Both the position numbers and the translations under genes were made by a program. This document shows, piece after piece, positions 1 to 16,126 of a stretch of DNA of 64,000 bases (within the stretch, counting starts at the first letter, position 1; each line of letters starts with the position of its first letter). Location of the stretch: positions 6,386,001 through 6,450,000 of the forward strand of contig CM022669.1 of NCBI GenBank assembly GCA_012295275.1. The letters are read 5' to 3'. This DNA is from Chrysomallon squamiferum (taxonomy: Eukaryota > Animalia > Mollusca). Below the pieces are notes generated by a model. That model did not search any database, was not told the origin of the DNA, and saw nothing but the letters and a program-made list of their open reading frames with translations.

Positions 1-13
1 CTACTACTACTAC

Positions 14-47
<34 letters not shown>

Positions 48-526
48 TAGTTTTTTATTTTTATTTTACTTTTTCTCTTCTTTTTTTATTATTATATTCC
101 TTTTTTCTTTATTTTTTTTAAAATCTTTTAATTATTTTATTACTATTTTTACTCTCTTTTTTTCATTAAAAAAAGAAATCTTTATTCTTTCCTCTTCTTC
201 TTCTCTTTTCTTTTCTTTTTCTTTTTTTTTTTTTTTGTTTTTATTTTTCTATTTTATTTTTATTTTTTTGGCCAGATCATCGCATATTAAAAGTGACGTC
301 GTATAAATCTTATACTTTAATTACCATGCAAAAGAATTCCGTGTAGAAATTTGCGTCTAATCTTCAGCAATGTGTTCAGAAAGTAAACATCGAAAGAAAG
401 GGGAAACGAGATAAAAGGATAAAAGAGAGGAAAAGAAGAAAGAGAAAGAGAAACGAAAAGAGAGAAAGAAAGAATGAAAAGAAGAAAATTAAAGAAAAAT
501 TAAGAAGAAGAAAAGGAAAAAAGAAG

Positions 527-530
<4 letters not shown>

Positions 531-620
<90 letters not shown>

Positions 621-682
621 AGAAGAGAAAAGAGAAATGAACAGAAAAAAAGAAGTGAAAGGAGAAAGTAACAGAGGGAGTG

Positions 683-751
<69 letters not shown>
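531..751 (+). repeat. Two (GA)n microsatellites in a purine-rich tract
   Basis: Direct reading. Confidence 0.95.
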
Positions 752-754
<3 letters not shown>

Positions 755-1266
755 GAATGGAAAGGAGAAAACTAATGAGACAAAAGAAAAACAGATAAAG
801 AAAGAAAAAAGAGAGAAATAGATGAACAAAAATAAAGACAAAGAAAGAAATGAATGAAAGAATAAGAAAAAAGAAAAAGAAAACAATAAAAATAAACCGA
901 TGAAAGAAACAAAAGTAAAAGGAGAAATAAATGCGGTTGTTGCTGATGTTTTCGTCGTTGTCGTTATTATTTCTCTTGATTTGTTTGCCATTATTGTTCA
1001 AATTGTCAGTGGATATCTTTCTCTAACGGTGCAGACAGCTTAATGCGCGTGATCCGGTTTAAAACTGGTTTACACCAAATCAAAATAAGAGAGATGAAAC
1101 TGACACCAGGTAATTACAGTTATGTGAAATGGATAATTTAATTAATGTATTTCAGAAACGTTTTACATTTCATTTTAAAAATCATAAAAATAAATAAATA
1201 AACAAACAAACAAATAAATAAATAAATAAATAAATAATAATAATTATTATTATTATTATTATTATG

Positions 1267-1333
<67 letters not shown>

Positions 1334-1514
1334 TATTTAAGATACAGTCATCAAATGTTAAACTAAATCGTGAAATTGTTTTGACATAGACACACATACA
1401 TTCATACATACATAACACAAGCATACATACATACATACATATATAGAGAGAGAGAGAAAGATAATAGATAAAAACATACACATATGCACGCACAGATGCG
1501 CACAAAAACAACTG

Positions 1515-2010
1515 TTAATGTTGAAAAGTCTTGAATAGTCACTGAACAAAATATACAATATTTTTTCTCATTATGAAAAAACGATGTTATATCAAAATAC
1601 TAGTATATTATTAAACAAAATATTCATTATTTTCTGCATACTGTTACAAAAATATATGTATGAAACCAAACTAAAAGTTAATATTGAAAGTCTGTAGATA
1701 TCATTAAACAAAATACTGTTCCAAGCGTTTATGTATGAAACAAAAAATCAACAAAAATAAGAATATTAAAAGTCAACAGATTTCATTAAACAAAATAGTC
1801 ATTATTTTCTATCACGGACTGTTTTCCTTATACTAAAGATTATAACATCAGTAACGTGTAAATATTAAAATATCTGCAAGTGTCATTAAACCTGGTATTC
1901 ATCTCTGTCTTTCAGATGTTAATTTCATTAAATCAGAACCATAGGGAACCAAAATGAAAAACAACAACAAGTAATGTTGAGACGTCGTAAAACAAAATAT
2001 TTATTCATTC
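1515..2010 (+). repeat. Old degenerate tandem repeat with ~80-100 bp period
   Basis: aatattgaaagtc...tcattaaacaaaata-like blocks recur about six times. Confidence 0.6.
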
Positions 2011-3366
2011 ACTGACATTTACGTACAAAATTAAACCCGTTTCTCCTTTTCATTTTTATTACATTCTTTTATTTATTTTTTATTATTATTTTTTTTTTTT
2101 TTTTTTTTTTTTTTTTATTATTATTTTTTTTTACCCACTCTCATAACAAGAATCAGCCAATACCGCTGTTGTTTTCATTGGCATATGAGTGACTTTTCAA
2201 TTCAGAGTCGTGTCAAACAATACCAATAAACACACAGAGTAATTACGGCAAGAAAACAAATTACCAGTCGACGTGCCTGCATGTTATGAATATTAGAAGC
2301 GGAACAGTAATGAAAAATCCAGTCGCTATCTTAAAAAGAAATTCTTCGACTGTTTTCGTCTGTTACGTTTGGCGCCGAAGTGGGCCGGGGAGCGCGGTAA
2401 CGCTAATTAAGGCTGGACGGGTTGAAGGGAACTCTGCACTTGTTGTCATTCGATCCGGAGCACCATCATGCATATAAAGTAGACTCTGATTAGGAAAATA
2501 ATCATTTTGCGAACAATTCGATGACACGAGGCCAGTGCCGAAAGAAAAGTAACTATTGGAAAACGGCAACAAATTTCCGTTGGGAATGGCCAATGTTGCT
2601 TCGACAAATTATAGGAAACTGAATAATTAGGACCTTTCTGGTTTTTTAACTTCTCTTTTCATGACATTCTCTTCTTTTTTTTTTTTTTTTTTTTTTTTAT
2701 CAGAAAAGATTTGTTTGTTAAGATATTCGTGGTTTTTGGGTGGGGTGGGGGGGTTGCTGTTTACTTTTTTTTTTATTTTTATCATTAAATAATTTTATAA
2801 CATGCGAAAACCTCAACGCCATTGTTGTTAGAGTTTGAAGATTTTTAAAATTCCTGTTGTGTTTTCAAAGTTACTGTATCTGATCATCTGTCTTTGCAAC
2901 GACGATTTTAATGTTAGAGTACTGATTCCAAGCGCTCTAGGTAGCGAGTTCAGTCCTTTGCGATGTTTCTACTGCAATCCATTTCAGCAGCTGTTTGATT
3001 ACAGCTTTATCTAATTGCGTATGACTTTTTTCTGTACATATCAAGGTTGAAACAATAGATGATAAATATTGAGAGATTATCGTCATCGTCAGCGTCATTA
3101 TCAACAACAACATAAAAAAAACAGCAACAGCAGCAACAACAATAACAACAATAATAATGATTTAATTAGTGATATTAGCATTAGCAAAAGTAATAGTAGT
3201 AGTAGTAGTAGTAGTTGTTGTTGTTGTTGTTGTTGTTGTAAGATTAGTAATGGTAGTAATAGTAATATTACTAGAAAGAGAAATAGTAGTAGAAGCATTA
3301 GTAATAGTGGCAGTATAAGTAGTAATTGTGTTAGTAGGAACAGTACATACATAGACACACACACAC

Positions 3367-3465
3367 ATACATACATACATACATACATACATACATACAT
3401 ACATACATAAATACATACATACATACATACATACATACATACATACATACATACATACATACATA
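3367..3465 (+). repeat. (ATAC)n microsatellite
   Basis: Direct reading. Confidence 0.95.
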
Positions 3466-3550
3466 CTTACTAACATATGCCTAGTGTTAGAGGTAGAATA
3501 TGATTAATAGTAATACAAACTGTAGTAGTAATTACTACAGCAGTAATGAT

Positions 3551-3583
<33 letters not shown>

Positions 3584-4105
3584 AATAATAATAATAAATA
3601 AATAAATAAATAAATATAACTCAAACTGCTATTCAGCGAAATTGCTCAGTGGTGTTTGGAAAGTTTTCGCGAACATACTGATATGATTTTGCAGATGCTA
3701 AATGAAATGTTAAAACCAAACAGCGGAAAATATTAATCCATGACACGGGAGCGCCCAAAACGCGGACTGTTTTACCCATCAGTACACACGTCAATCGTCG
3801 TTATCGTTTCATTCGATTCGTCAGTTCCTCCATTTTATTTTGAGAACCGAACAAAAAGAAATCGATTCAAGTTTTATGGTGGCATGAACCCTGAAAGGAG
3901 AATAATTTTCTTTTAACCTTTCCTTCTTGTATATTGTTGTTGTCCTTGCTATTTTTATTTTTATTTATTTTCATTCTTTTTATATTTATTTTGTTTTAAT
4001 ATATTTATTATCATTATTGTTATTATTATTATTTGTTTTTATTTTTTTGGTATTACTTATGTTAACATCACCATTATAATAATACTACTAATAATAATAA
4101 TAATA

Positions 4106-4152
<47 letters not shown>

Positions 4153-4166
4153 TATTATTATTATTA

Positions 4167-4210
<44 letters not shown>

Positions 4211-5343
4211 TACTACTACTACTACAAATTTTACAATTATTATTACTATTGTTAATAATTTTTCTTGAAATGTCATCAGCAACGCTGTCAGTGTTGTTAT
4301 TTTTTTTTAATTTTAAATTATAAATAGCCTACATATAATATTTTTTCTATAATTATTTCTGCATAATTATACTTTGTGATTTACTTTCATTTTATATCTT
4401 CATTCATTCATTCATTCATTCATTCATTCATTTATTTTACTTTACTTTTTTTTTCTATTTTGTTTATTTTTAATTTATTTATTTACTATATGTTTTTTTT
4501 TTTTTTCTTAATTCTATGTATTGTTTTTTTTTTCCTTCTTTTTGTTTATTTAAATTCTTGTTGACGTTTTTACTTATTTGCCATTGTTTAAAAAAAAAAA
4601 AAAAAAAAATGGGGGTCGCTCTGGCACAAAGCGGAAGTGAGGATCCGTGTTGTCATGGAGACACTCCGACGGCACGGCTAATACTCGGAGCACCAATCAG
4701 CGGACGACAAATCTAATCTGACATGACGGAAACATTTAGCGCCAATTTGTCGGCAGCCTGTAAAGAAATAAGAAAATAACATAAACTGATTATCAAAGAA
4801 TTTTATTTCACCGCCAAGTCTGAGTGTGAATTCACGTGTTTGTACATAAAATTATACACAGATAAATAATGTAGACTGTACGCCGCGTAGAATCAAACTG
4901 AGAGTGTTCATGGTTTTTTTTATAAAAAAAAAAAAAAAAATTTGGAAAGCTATGAACATTAATTTTGATATACGATCTTGTTTTATTAGTTAGTTAATTT
5001 ATTTGGTTGTTTGTTTTTTTTTTTTGTTGTTGTTGTTTTTTTTGCTGCTGATGTTAATGTTGACTTTTTTACTTTTGTCTTTCTTTCTTTATAATGTGTG
5101 TATGTATATATATATATATATATATATATTATTTCCATACGTATTTATTTATGTGGTGTTAAATCATTGTTTAATTTTTTTCACTGTTTTTCGTGTTTAT
5201 TTTACACAATCTTTTTATTTTACCATGTTTTTTTTCATTATATATATATATATATATATATTTTATATATATGTAGGTAATGTTCTACTATTAATATAAT
5301 AATAATAATAATATTATTATTGTTGTTGTTGTTGTTGTTGTTG

Positions 5344-5377
<34 letters not shown>

Positions 5378-5601
5378 AGCAACATCTAAAATTCCTACTA
5401 TTACTAATATTTTATTGTACTACTACAACAACCAATTCTTCTTCTGCTATAGCTACTATGTTATTTTCATTGCTACTAATTCTTCTACTACTTCTACTAT
5501 TAATATTAATACTAACGCTAATACTAATATCATTATATCTTTATTATTATTATTAATATTGTTATTGTTGTTGTTGTTGTTTTTATTGTTATTATTACTG
5601 T

Positions 5602-5608
5602 GATAGAC

Positions 5609-5679
<71 letters not shown>
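5602..5679 (+). repeat. (GATA)n microsatellite
   Basis: Direct reading. Confidence 0.95.
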
Positions 5680-6061
5680 CATCTTATGACTGAAAATGTG
5701 GTTCTTGTTAAAGTTGTGTTGTGTTATTGTTGTTATTGTTATTCATGTTTGATTTCTGCCTGTTTGATTTCATTTCCCATTTCTCCACTGATAATACTGC
5801 AGCAATCGATCTTGTTAGCTCATTCAGAATAATCTTTCATGCCACATTGCTGTAGTTGTTGTTGTTGTTGTTGTTGTTTGATGTTCTAGGGAAGACCCTT
5901 TTTGGTTGTTAATGCAAGTAGTTTATTTTTTAATGTTTATTATTACCATTTGTATTACTATTATTATTTTTATTTTTATTGTTGTTGTTGTTGTTGTAGT
6001 TGTTGTAGTAATAAAAGAAGTAGTAGTGCTAGTGGTGGTGGTGGTAGTTGTAGTGGTGGTG

Positions 6062-6101
<40 letters not shown>

Positions 6102-6658
6102 CAATAGTAGTAGTATTCCTCTGTATATTTCTGAATTTTTTCTCCCCTGCTTTCAAATATCTTCCATCACACACAACTGAAATTAATCCTGAAGAAAAAA
6201 AAAAAAAAAATCCCAGTAGTTATTAAATTTCACGTTGCAAGTTTAATATTTTACTTATTATTACATATGCTCATTATATTAATTTCGCTCAATTACATCT
6301 TTTGTGCAGTCTACAATCATCCGAAACATGTGTTAGTTATTATCCTAATTCCTGTAATTGGGTAACGTTTAATATATGATCCCCTTTGAACCAGCCCTAT
6401 TATAAATGAAATAATATATGTATATTGCCTAAATTGGTCAATTTTTCTTTTATTTCGCTCGCAATACTTCGTTTAGCGTACGTCAAAATGACATTTTGAC
6501 TTAAGCAACAAATAGCAGCATTATTCAAATGATGTTTTTCTTGCTGGCTTTCTTTCTTTTCTTTTAGTTCAAAAGGATTTCAGTTTAATATTGCTATCGT
6601 GGTCACCGAAAGAGTAGAATAAGTGCTGTCGTAAAAATTTTTTTATTTTTTTTGTTTC

Positions 6659-6730
<72 letters not shown>

Positions 6731-6795
6731 TGTCTGTGAGTGTGTGCGTGTGTTGCCTCTTTGTGTTTTTTGGAGGTGTTTTATCGAGGTTTTTT

Positions 6796-6830
<35 letters not shown>

Positions 6831-7083
6831 TTGTTGTTGTTGTTGTTTTGTTGTTGTTGTTTTGGTTTTATTTTATTTTATTTTATTTATTTATCTTTTG
6901 TTGTTGTTGTTGTTGTCTTTTTATTCATTTTCCATTCTCACCTGTCTGCTATAATACATTTCAGTTTGCTAGTTTTTACATCATCATCATCATCATCGTC
7001 ATCATTATCGTTATCGTTAGTATTACTACTACTACTGTTACTACTGCTTCTACTACTACTACTACTACTACTACTATAACTAC

Positions 7084-7147
<64 letters not shown>

Positions 7148-8423
7148 TCATTATCTCATCACTGTTATTAATTCATTTATACTGTTATCACTTGAGTCGA
7201 CGTCATCACCATCATTATTACACACGTAGCTGTTGCTGTAGCAGTAATTTACTTTGACTTCAGCTCTGTCTAGTCTACAGTACAACATCTATATCAAATC
7301 TGTCAGCGAGAACTGTCAGTCATCTGTCAGTTGGCGGAAAACCCAGACATGCGCCGTTAAACCGGAAGAAGGGAAGCGGCGGCCATGAATGGTAATACAT
7401 CATGAAATCACTGGCTAAACAATTAACCGTCAAACCTTTAAAAAAAAAAAAAAAAAAAAAAAAACATTTCTTTCGACTTTCTGAATTTTTTTTTTTTTTT
7501 TCACGTCTTTTTTTTTTTCTCGCGATATAGCCATCCAGAGCCGAGTCTGTTTTTGTGATAAATTTCAACTTTCCGCGCCAGCGAGGCGACGAAGTGAACG
7601 GTTCCAAAGGAAAACCGTCTCTTCAGTCGACCTCCTAGCAAGAGAGGGAGAGCTGCGAAAACAATACAACCACGTCGTTTTGCACGGGACATTAAACCTC
7701 GTCTTCATTAGCGCAGGCGCAGAGAGGCAGAACCGGGAGGTAAGCGTATTTCAAGACGCAGGATGCATCGGAACAGCACCGAAAATAACCGCGGTATCTT
7801 TTGGCGACGGGCATCCCTTGGTGTTCGTCCGGCGTGCGAAAGCGATCAAGGGGCTTTCCACCGAGAAAAGATTTACTGGTTCACGCCTGCAGAAATGTGG
7901 CTAAACGCTACTGCAGCCGCAATTAGCCCCTCTCCGTATCGAAAAATCATTCACCGAAACCAGAAGAAGATTTTTCTAAGCGTATTACAAGATGTTTGCT
8001 ATGCAAATAGCCTTTTAATTTTTTCTTCATTTTTTAAGAAAGAAAAAAAAAGGGGGGTTGTATGGCGAGAGGAGTGTTTCAAGAATAAAGAGTCTGATAT
8101 GTACACTGCTCATAAAAGTGTTCTAAATGTGTATTCAGTGTGTTTTTATTGAATCGTGATTCGCTGCATCCATCACGAGTGTTCGGTTATTCACGAAACC
8201 CGTTAAACTGTGACCCGTCCCACTGAAAGGGAGGCTGGGGGCGTTGTTATCGTTTGTTTAAGTTTTGTAGTCTGGGGACGATTGTTTTTTTTGTTTTTTT
8301 TTTGTTTTTCTCTTGTTTATTACTTCCACTGCTGTTACAGCTGTTTCTGCTGCTACTAATATTGTTGTTATTTTTATCGCTATTATTATTATTATTATAT
8401 TTATTATCAATATTTCATAACTG

Positions 8424-8459
<36 letters not shown>

Positions 8460-8873
8460 GTATCATAATCATAATCAACAACAAAATTACATGTATGTAT
8501 CTTTATATGTCTTTTACTGAATCATGTCTTATAATGTATTAATCTAACGCCATTGTGCAATTTTATCTGAATATATATTCACGAGCTATTAATCTTTCGA
8601 TATGTTTTCTTTGTGGATTTTTGTTATTACTATTTATCATTTCTCTCGAAAATGTATGGCGTTTTGTCGCCAAATATAATTTTAAAAATCAAAATTCTGC
8701 TGATGGAATTTTTGAAACCTCTGAATTGACAATTGCGAAGTTAAACAAAAACGAACACGAAGAAGGTAACTGTAATAATATTGACAGAGATCTAATGTAT
8801 GACACATTATGTAGAAATGGAAAGAGAAGAGCAAATCAGAGCAATACAGAGCAGGGAATGACAGAGCAATGAA

Positions 8874-8980
8874 AGGGTAGGGTGGACTGGCAGGGTAGGG
8901 TGGACATGGCAGGGTAGGGTGGATATGGCAGGGTAGGGTGGACATGGCAGGGTAGGGTGGACATGGCAGAGTAGGGTGGG
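8874..8980 (+). repeat. G-rich 19-bp minisatellite (GGCAGGGTAGGGTGGACAT) x ~6
   Basis: Directly visible tandem copies with few substitutions. Confidence 0.92.
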
Positions 8981-9128
8981 ATCAAATATGACAGGAAGCA
9001 GATGAGTTACCGGAGAATGATGTAGATGATAATGATGATGTTGATGATGATGATGATGACGAAGGCGAAGGCGATGATGATAAGAACAACAACTAACCAA
9101 TCTGTAAAAAATATCATCATCATCATCA

Positions 9129-9193
<65 letters not shown>

Positions 9194-9487
9194 TTTTATT
9201 ATTATTATATTATATGACAATAATACCAGCAACAGTAACAACTTCAACAACAACAACAATAATAATAACAAAAATAAGAACAACAACAATAGTAACTCAC
9301 TGTTTCTTGGTAAATAATCCATCTGATTTTATTGTTTGTTTATCTATGGTATTTATAACATCATGTCAAAATCTGTTGTTTATTTGTTTACTTATTGCTA
9401 TTTTTCATGATATTATTACGAAAATCACAACTAACAACAGTTCATAACGAAATCGCGCCAAGAACTTTCACTGGCAAAAATAAACAT

Positions 9488-9525
9488 CAGGAGCGGATCT
9501 AGAATTATTAAGATAGGGGGCCAGA
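9488..9525 (+). mobile_element. Truncated left end of the same MITE-like family
   Basis: caggagcggatctagaattattaagatagggggcca resembles the TIR at 18820. No partner end was found. Confidence 0.4.
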
Positions 9526-10025
9526 CCATTAAAAATTATAATATGAAAATTATTTCTCCTATTCCCTAGACTATTCATATTAGTTACAGCAAAAGTTATT
9601 TTACATTTAATTTTTTTTTTTAAAAAGTAAAACATGCTGGAGCTCTTACAAACAAGTCAGAACGGGAAATAAGCAAATGAGAGAATAGAGCGGGGTTGGT
9701 CTTGATAATACATCCATTCGTTCTTCACGCGAGCTCTCTACCCACTAGGCTGCAGCAGGCAACAGAGGAGCTGTTAAACCTATCACTAAACAACTCGAGA
9801 ATTGTTTGTTTCTTTTTCCTGATTGGCGCATGCGCGTTTCTGACGAAACGCCGAGAGTGGCGCTGTTAATGTCATAAAAAGAAAAAGTGAACACGTTTCT
9901 GCAACGTCATTACTCAGTGTCAGGCCTCATATTCCGTAAACCACGCGGCTCTGATTTCTCTGTTTTCAGAAACTAAGTTAATATGATTATAATTACATCT
10001 TTCTCAGCTCGTAAATAACTTTTCG

Positions 10026-10056
<31 letters not shown>

Positions 10057-11386
10057 CAAAAATCCCCAATTTTACCACATCTCATAACAAAGAGATTTTG
10101 TTTAATTTTGGCTCATCCATATCCGAACAGATCGTTCGCGTTTTATTTTAATGACGTATCCGTCTGTGTGTATATCGTTAAATGTGCATTTATAAGTAAT
10201 TTTCAAAATGTTTCTGTTTGACGGTGCACGGCTGTCTGTTTTTTTTTTGTCTTTCGTGATGTTTATGTGCCCAATACGTCTTTATCTGTCGGACTGTATG
10301 TTTGTTTGTTGTTGTGTCATCATACATTATCTGTAATTATGTTGTTAATGTTTATTAATTAGTCTAAAACGTTTATCCATTACATACAGATTCGAAGATA
10401 AAAGAAACACGCAATAGATGATCACTAGCTCAATGTTACGAAGAAAGATCAGTTAGTTTAGATACATACATACATACATATGTTTGTACATTTAAAAATA
10501 TAAATATAATAATTACATATACATTCATAAATATACACATAAACACACACTCACACACACATATTATATATAACACATCATATAAATGTAAGTACACATA
10601 TATTAAAACAAAAACACCTTTATATAATTATGTACATGTGTTTATGTGTGTGTGGGTGGGTGTCTTAACACATACTTATCTGAAGACATACACATGATAT
10701 ATACAAATGAACCTGTACACACACACACACACTCACTCTCTCTCTATCTATCTATCTATCTCTCTATCTATCTATCTCTCACACCACTCACATATATATT
10801 GATTGATGGATAGACAGACAGACAAATAGATCATGAGACAGATATATAGATAGATAGACAGACAGAAAGACAGATAGATAGATAGACAGACAGAGAGAGA
10901 TAGAGAGAGAGAGAAAGAGAGAGACACAGATAGACAGACAGAAAGACATTATATTCACTACATAAATACACACACACACACACACACATTACACAAGAAA
11001 AAAAAAACCCACACATACACACATGTATTAATAACATTATAATTTGCTAACATCGTTTCGTTCAGCTGGACGCAGAGAGCCGCTAACTGCAAATCGTGAT
11101 TTCTGCTGTGCTTTCACTTCACCCCATCTGTCGATGCTTATAAAATACTCCAGATATTTCTCACTGTACAGTATCGGCAGTTTACACCGAACTAAATCAC
11201 ACACGTGAAACATGGAGCCCATCTAAACTAATCTGAGACCACGTTATTCGAGCTGGAACTAGGGAACCACCGAGGCGTCGTCGTAGCTGAAGCTAATTAT
11301 GAACAACGACGTCGTGAATGTTTGTGAATGGAGGCCACAAGAATGATTACTGAAAGGACCGTTTACAAGTAAATTTTAATTTTTTT

Positions 11387-11417
<31 letters not shown>

Positions 11418-11785
11418 GAAGTGAAATTGTTTTAGAGGTAAAAGTGAATTTGTAGGTGTGAATTTTATTTTGATTTTGAAACGATCACTGGTTTTTTTAT
11501 CATTATCATAAAGAATCATTATGATTATTTATTAGCATTGTTATTATTTATAATATCGTCATATATATATATAATGTTAATAATAACGTTATTAATTTTA
11601 TTAGTATTAGTATTAGTATTATTTATTATCATTCTTGTTGTTGCTGCTGCTGCTGTTGCTGTTGTAATTTTTTTTTAATTGAAATTAAACTGTAATAGCT
11701 AAAACAGTTATATTATAAAAGTCCAGTATTGTGAATCGAAACCATTAATCTGATATTTATGTTATTTAGATGTTGATACATATAA

Positions 11786-11821
<36 letters not shown>

Positions 11822-12113
11822 TCATTACTCCACTGAGGAGATTCGATCGGGGAATCCTCGACTCGAAGCGGTCTATCGTTAAATTGTAATAACCTTATCG
11901 CCTACGAACGAATTTATTTATTGACGCTAAAATATTTTATTGGATATCATCACCATCTTTTATCACATTCACACTTGACTGAAAAAGAAAAATATCGAAA
12001 TCAAAATTCAAAAAACAAAACATTAAAAACCAGCATCAAAAATTTTTCAAAAAAAAAACAACATTAGATAATCTTGGAATTATATCTGTTTCCTTAGCGC
12101 GGTCTTTAAAAAA

Positions 12114-12153
<40 letters not shown>

Positions 12154-13043
12154 TGTTTCATATTGCGAAATATCTAAACGTACACGTTATATCACTGCAT
12201 GTACCACGTGCAACGTCTGGCTCGCGGTGAAGCTTTGAAAAAGAGTCAAGATGGAAGATAATCTTTCTGAAATCTCGCCGCTTATGGAAAACCAGGAGCG
12301 GTCTCGTAATGGAGCAGTTGCGATTCTTCCCAACGATCGACAGCGGTCCTCTGATACCATCAGACCAACAACCCTCAATCTGACAGCGAGAAATCAGCCG
12401 CTCTACGCCGCTGTCAGGATCCAATGAAATTTAAGAAATTTATGAAAGCCGAGAAAGATTCTTTAAAGTATGTAATACAGAAGTGTTTTAAGAAAACGTA
12501 TTAAAACCGAGTTTTAAAAGAAAGTGATAGAAACATTATGTATGGAGCGCTAACGAAATTATGAAACGAAGGTTGATAAATATATATATATATATATATA
12601 TATAATATAAAAATTATGGAGTGTTTAAGAAGTTATAAAATTAGGATTGATTTTTCTTCTTTTCTTCTTCTTCTTCTTAAGATTGATTCTTCTTCTTCTT
12701 CTTCTTCTTCTTCTTCTTCTTCTTCTTCTTCTTCTTCTTCTCTAAAATGTAATATAAAAAGTATGTGTTCTTGGTAAATAGCGTTGTAACAAAAGCCCTA
12801 CTAATGATACTCCTCTCTGCACATATTCAGTGCAAATATATAATTTCTATTTTCATTTTGTTAGAATTAAGATATATAAGATATACGAATTCTCTTTTTT
12901 AATTTAACCAGTAAGTTCCATACGTACTCCAATTGCAGGAGGATATTAAAAAGGAAGAAAAGAGATATATTTATTAATGACGATCACAACACATCTTTAA
13001 TCTACAATTACATGAAGTCATTTATATACTAAGAAACCATGCA

Positions 13044-13492
<449 letters not shown>

Positions 13493-14776
13493 TCACTACA
13501 CCTGTATATCTCTTTCTACAAAAGAGCCACAAAAAACCCAGCTATGAATGTTAACAAAATAGTAAAGAAGACAAAGATATTAAGTTTAACAGGTTTTTTT
13601 TCTTCTAAAGAAAAGAGTTCTATAACCAAGAAAACAAAAAATCAGATTTAAAATGTAAGGCAATGATGCGAGTTATTCACAGCAAAAACTGATTTATTTT
13701 CTCTCAATAGACAATTAAATCAGAGATTTTACTGTAATTGAATTTAAACACGAAAGCAACCGTAAAGTGATCCCCTTTTTAAATTGTTGTTTTCCCCCAA
13801 GGAAACATAAGGAAATGATTGTTAAAACACTTTAGCACACTGAAGCAAAAACAGATTCTCTAATGCCAAAACAGGGTTTTAAAATCGTTTTTAAAATGAT
13901 AAAAAAAAAAAAAAATTAAAAGAAAGATACTGTTGTCTTTTTTTAACGTTAGATTAAAATTAACTTCACAGATTCCCAAAACAAAACAAACAGAAATAAT
14001 GGAATGTGTCAGATAAAAATAATTTTAAAATTCTGCTTTCAGCATGTGTTATAGATTTAATTATGTTATATTCCATTTTAGTCCGACTTTATCTCTCTGA
14101 CAATATTTATTTAATTATTTATTTATTAATTTATTTATTTATTTATTTATTTATTTATTTTTTTATTTTTATTTTTTATTTTATTTTATTAATTTATTTA
14201 TTTACTTATTTATTTATTTTTATTTATTTATTTATTTTATTTTATTTTATTAATTTTTAATTTTTAATTTAAATTTAAATTTTGATTTTTTTTTTTTGTT
14301 GTTGTTGTTGAGTATTTCATTTGTCGATGTTCCTGTCCCGTAATTACCCCCTGGAGTGAGATTTGCAGTGGTAAACAAAACAGAACACTGGGTACATGTT
14401 ATTGTATCTGTGTCTTTGTAAGATGTTATATCAAAACAGAAAAAAAAAAAAAAAAAAAAAGAAAAATATGATGAAAGTAGTGAAGCGTCGTTATTTTCAT
14501 TATTATTTGTGAAAACGTTTTCAAAATATTTGCTTTTTATATTTTTGCATTTTTTTTTTTTTTTTTTAATTTATGAAATTTTATTTATCATTTTTATTTA
14601 TTTATTTATTTATTATTTTATTTTTATTTTTTATTGTGTTTTATTGTTTATTTTGGGGGGGGATATCTTTGTTTGTTTGTTGTGGGTTTTTTTAATTTCA
14701 AGTTATTTATTGAATTCTTATGATAACTAAAGTGGTAAACATATCTTTGTACTGATGGGTATAAAAAGAGAGACAT

Positions 14777-14935
<159 letters not shown>

Positions 14936-15157
14936 CTTCACAGATTTTAAATTATCTGTCCATTCATTTATTCGTTCATTTGATCTTAGAAAAAAACAAC
15001 TGATGTAGGCTACATTGATGAATCACTTTTATTACTGAAATAACAAGAGAAATGATTTTGTGTATTTTTTATCTACGCGTCTGCTGAATAGATAAACATA
15101 CCACGTGACTGTAAAGCTATTCGCACATATTCACACTCTAGGACCACCGGAGACGTC

Positions 15158-15330
15158 GGGAACGTCGTGGTTCAGTGGTTAGACAGACTGTATGAGGAGT
15201 GATAGTTCGCAAGATCAATCCTTGACAGTGACCAGATTCAGTGATTTTTACCTTGTAAATGATTTATCAAAGTACATGGTACGTCATATGCTGTTTATAG
15301 GCGGGAGCATTTAAAGTATTACTATACTTG
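15158..15330 (+). mobile_element. Degenerate tRNA-derived SINE-like element
   Basis: A-box-like tggttcagtggt (15168-15179) and B-box-like gatcaatcc (15213-15221) at Pol III spacing, then a ~110-bp body and a (TTG)n tail. Confidence 0.55.
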
Positions 15331-16042
15331 TGTTGTTGTTGTTGTTGTTGTTGTTGTTACTGTTATTGTTGTTCTTATTTTTGTTATTATTCTTTGTTTA
15401 TTTTTTATCGTTGTCGTTTTGTTTTTGTTTTCTTGTTTATATTTGTCTTCTTTGTGTTATTTTTACTGATTCAAATTATTTTATTTCTCTATCTTTGTTT
15501 TTTTTTTTTTTTTTTTTTTTTTTGTGTTACAAATTTACGAAGCGTTCATCCGATTTTCACACGGGTTTGGTACCAATCAAAGTTCATTCTTTCTGCGTTT
15601 CATTGTCAAATCTGCGTTTGAACCACAGCGTAGAAAGTTCTAAGTGTCTTAAATCCTTCCTAAGAGTGGATATTGCGTGCTCGTGCGCTGAAGTCAAACA
15701 AAACAACCCAAATTGGACTGGAATCTTTATAGAGATGTCACATACCAAAGTGTACACTTCACACTTCGTACAGAAGTGAAATGAGAAAGAAAACACTTCA
15801 GTTTTCAGGTGCGGCGTGTTCTTTATGTTTCTTTATTACTTAACAAAATATCCCATTTGTTCTGCCATACCTTTTTCATCATCCACATTTAATACTTTTT
15901 AATTTGTATTTAGACTTTTCTTCTTTTTTTTCCTCTTTTTTTTGTCTTTATGTCCTTGCATATTTTCGTTATTATTGTTTCTTTTTTTAACATTTCACGT
16001 TTTCACTGACGTGATTCGCCAACCAAATTCCCTTCGTTTTTA

Positions 16043-16126
<84 letters not shown>

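Noticed and set aside
489-1511. Long ORFs with poly-SL, poly-I and similar runs (many more across the window)
   Set aside because: They are translations of (GA)n, (ATT)n, (GT)n and (ATAC)n microsatellites, with no domain content or splice support.
7711-7745. Possible micro-exon ending GAG|GTAAGC
   Set aside because: It is a good donor, but has no partner exon, frame logic or homology to support it.
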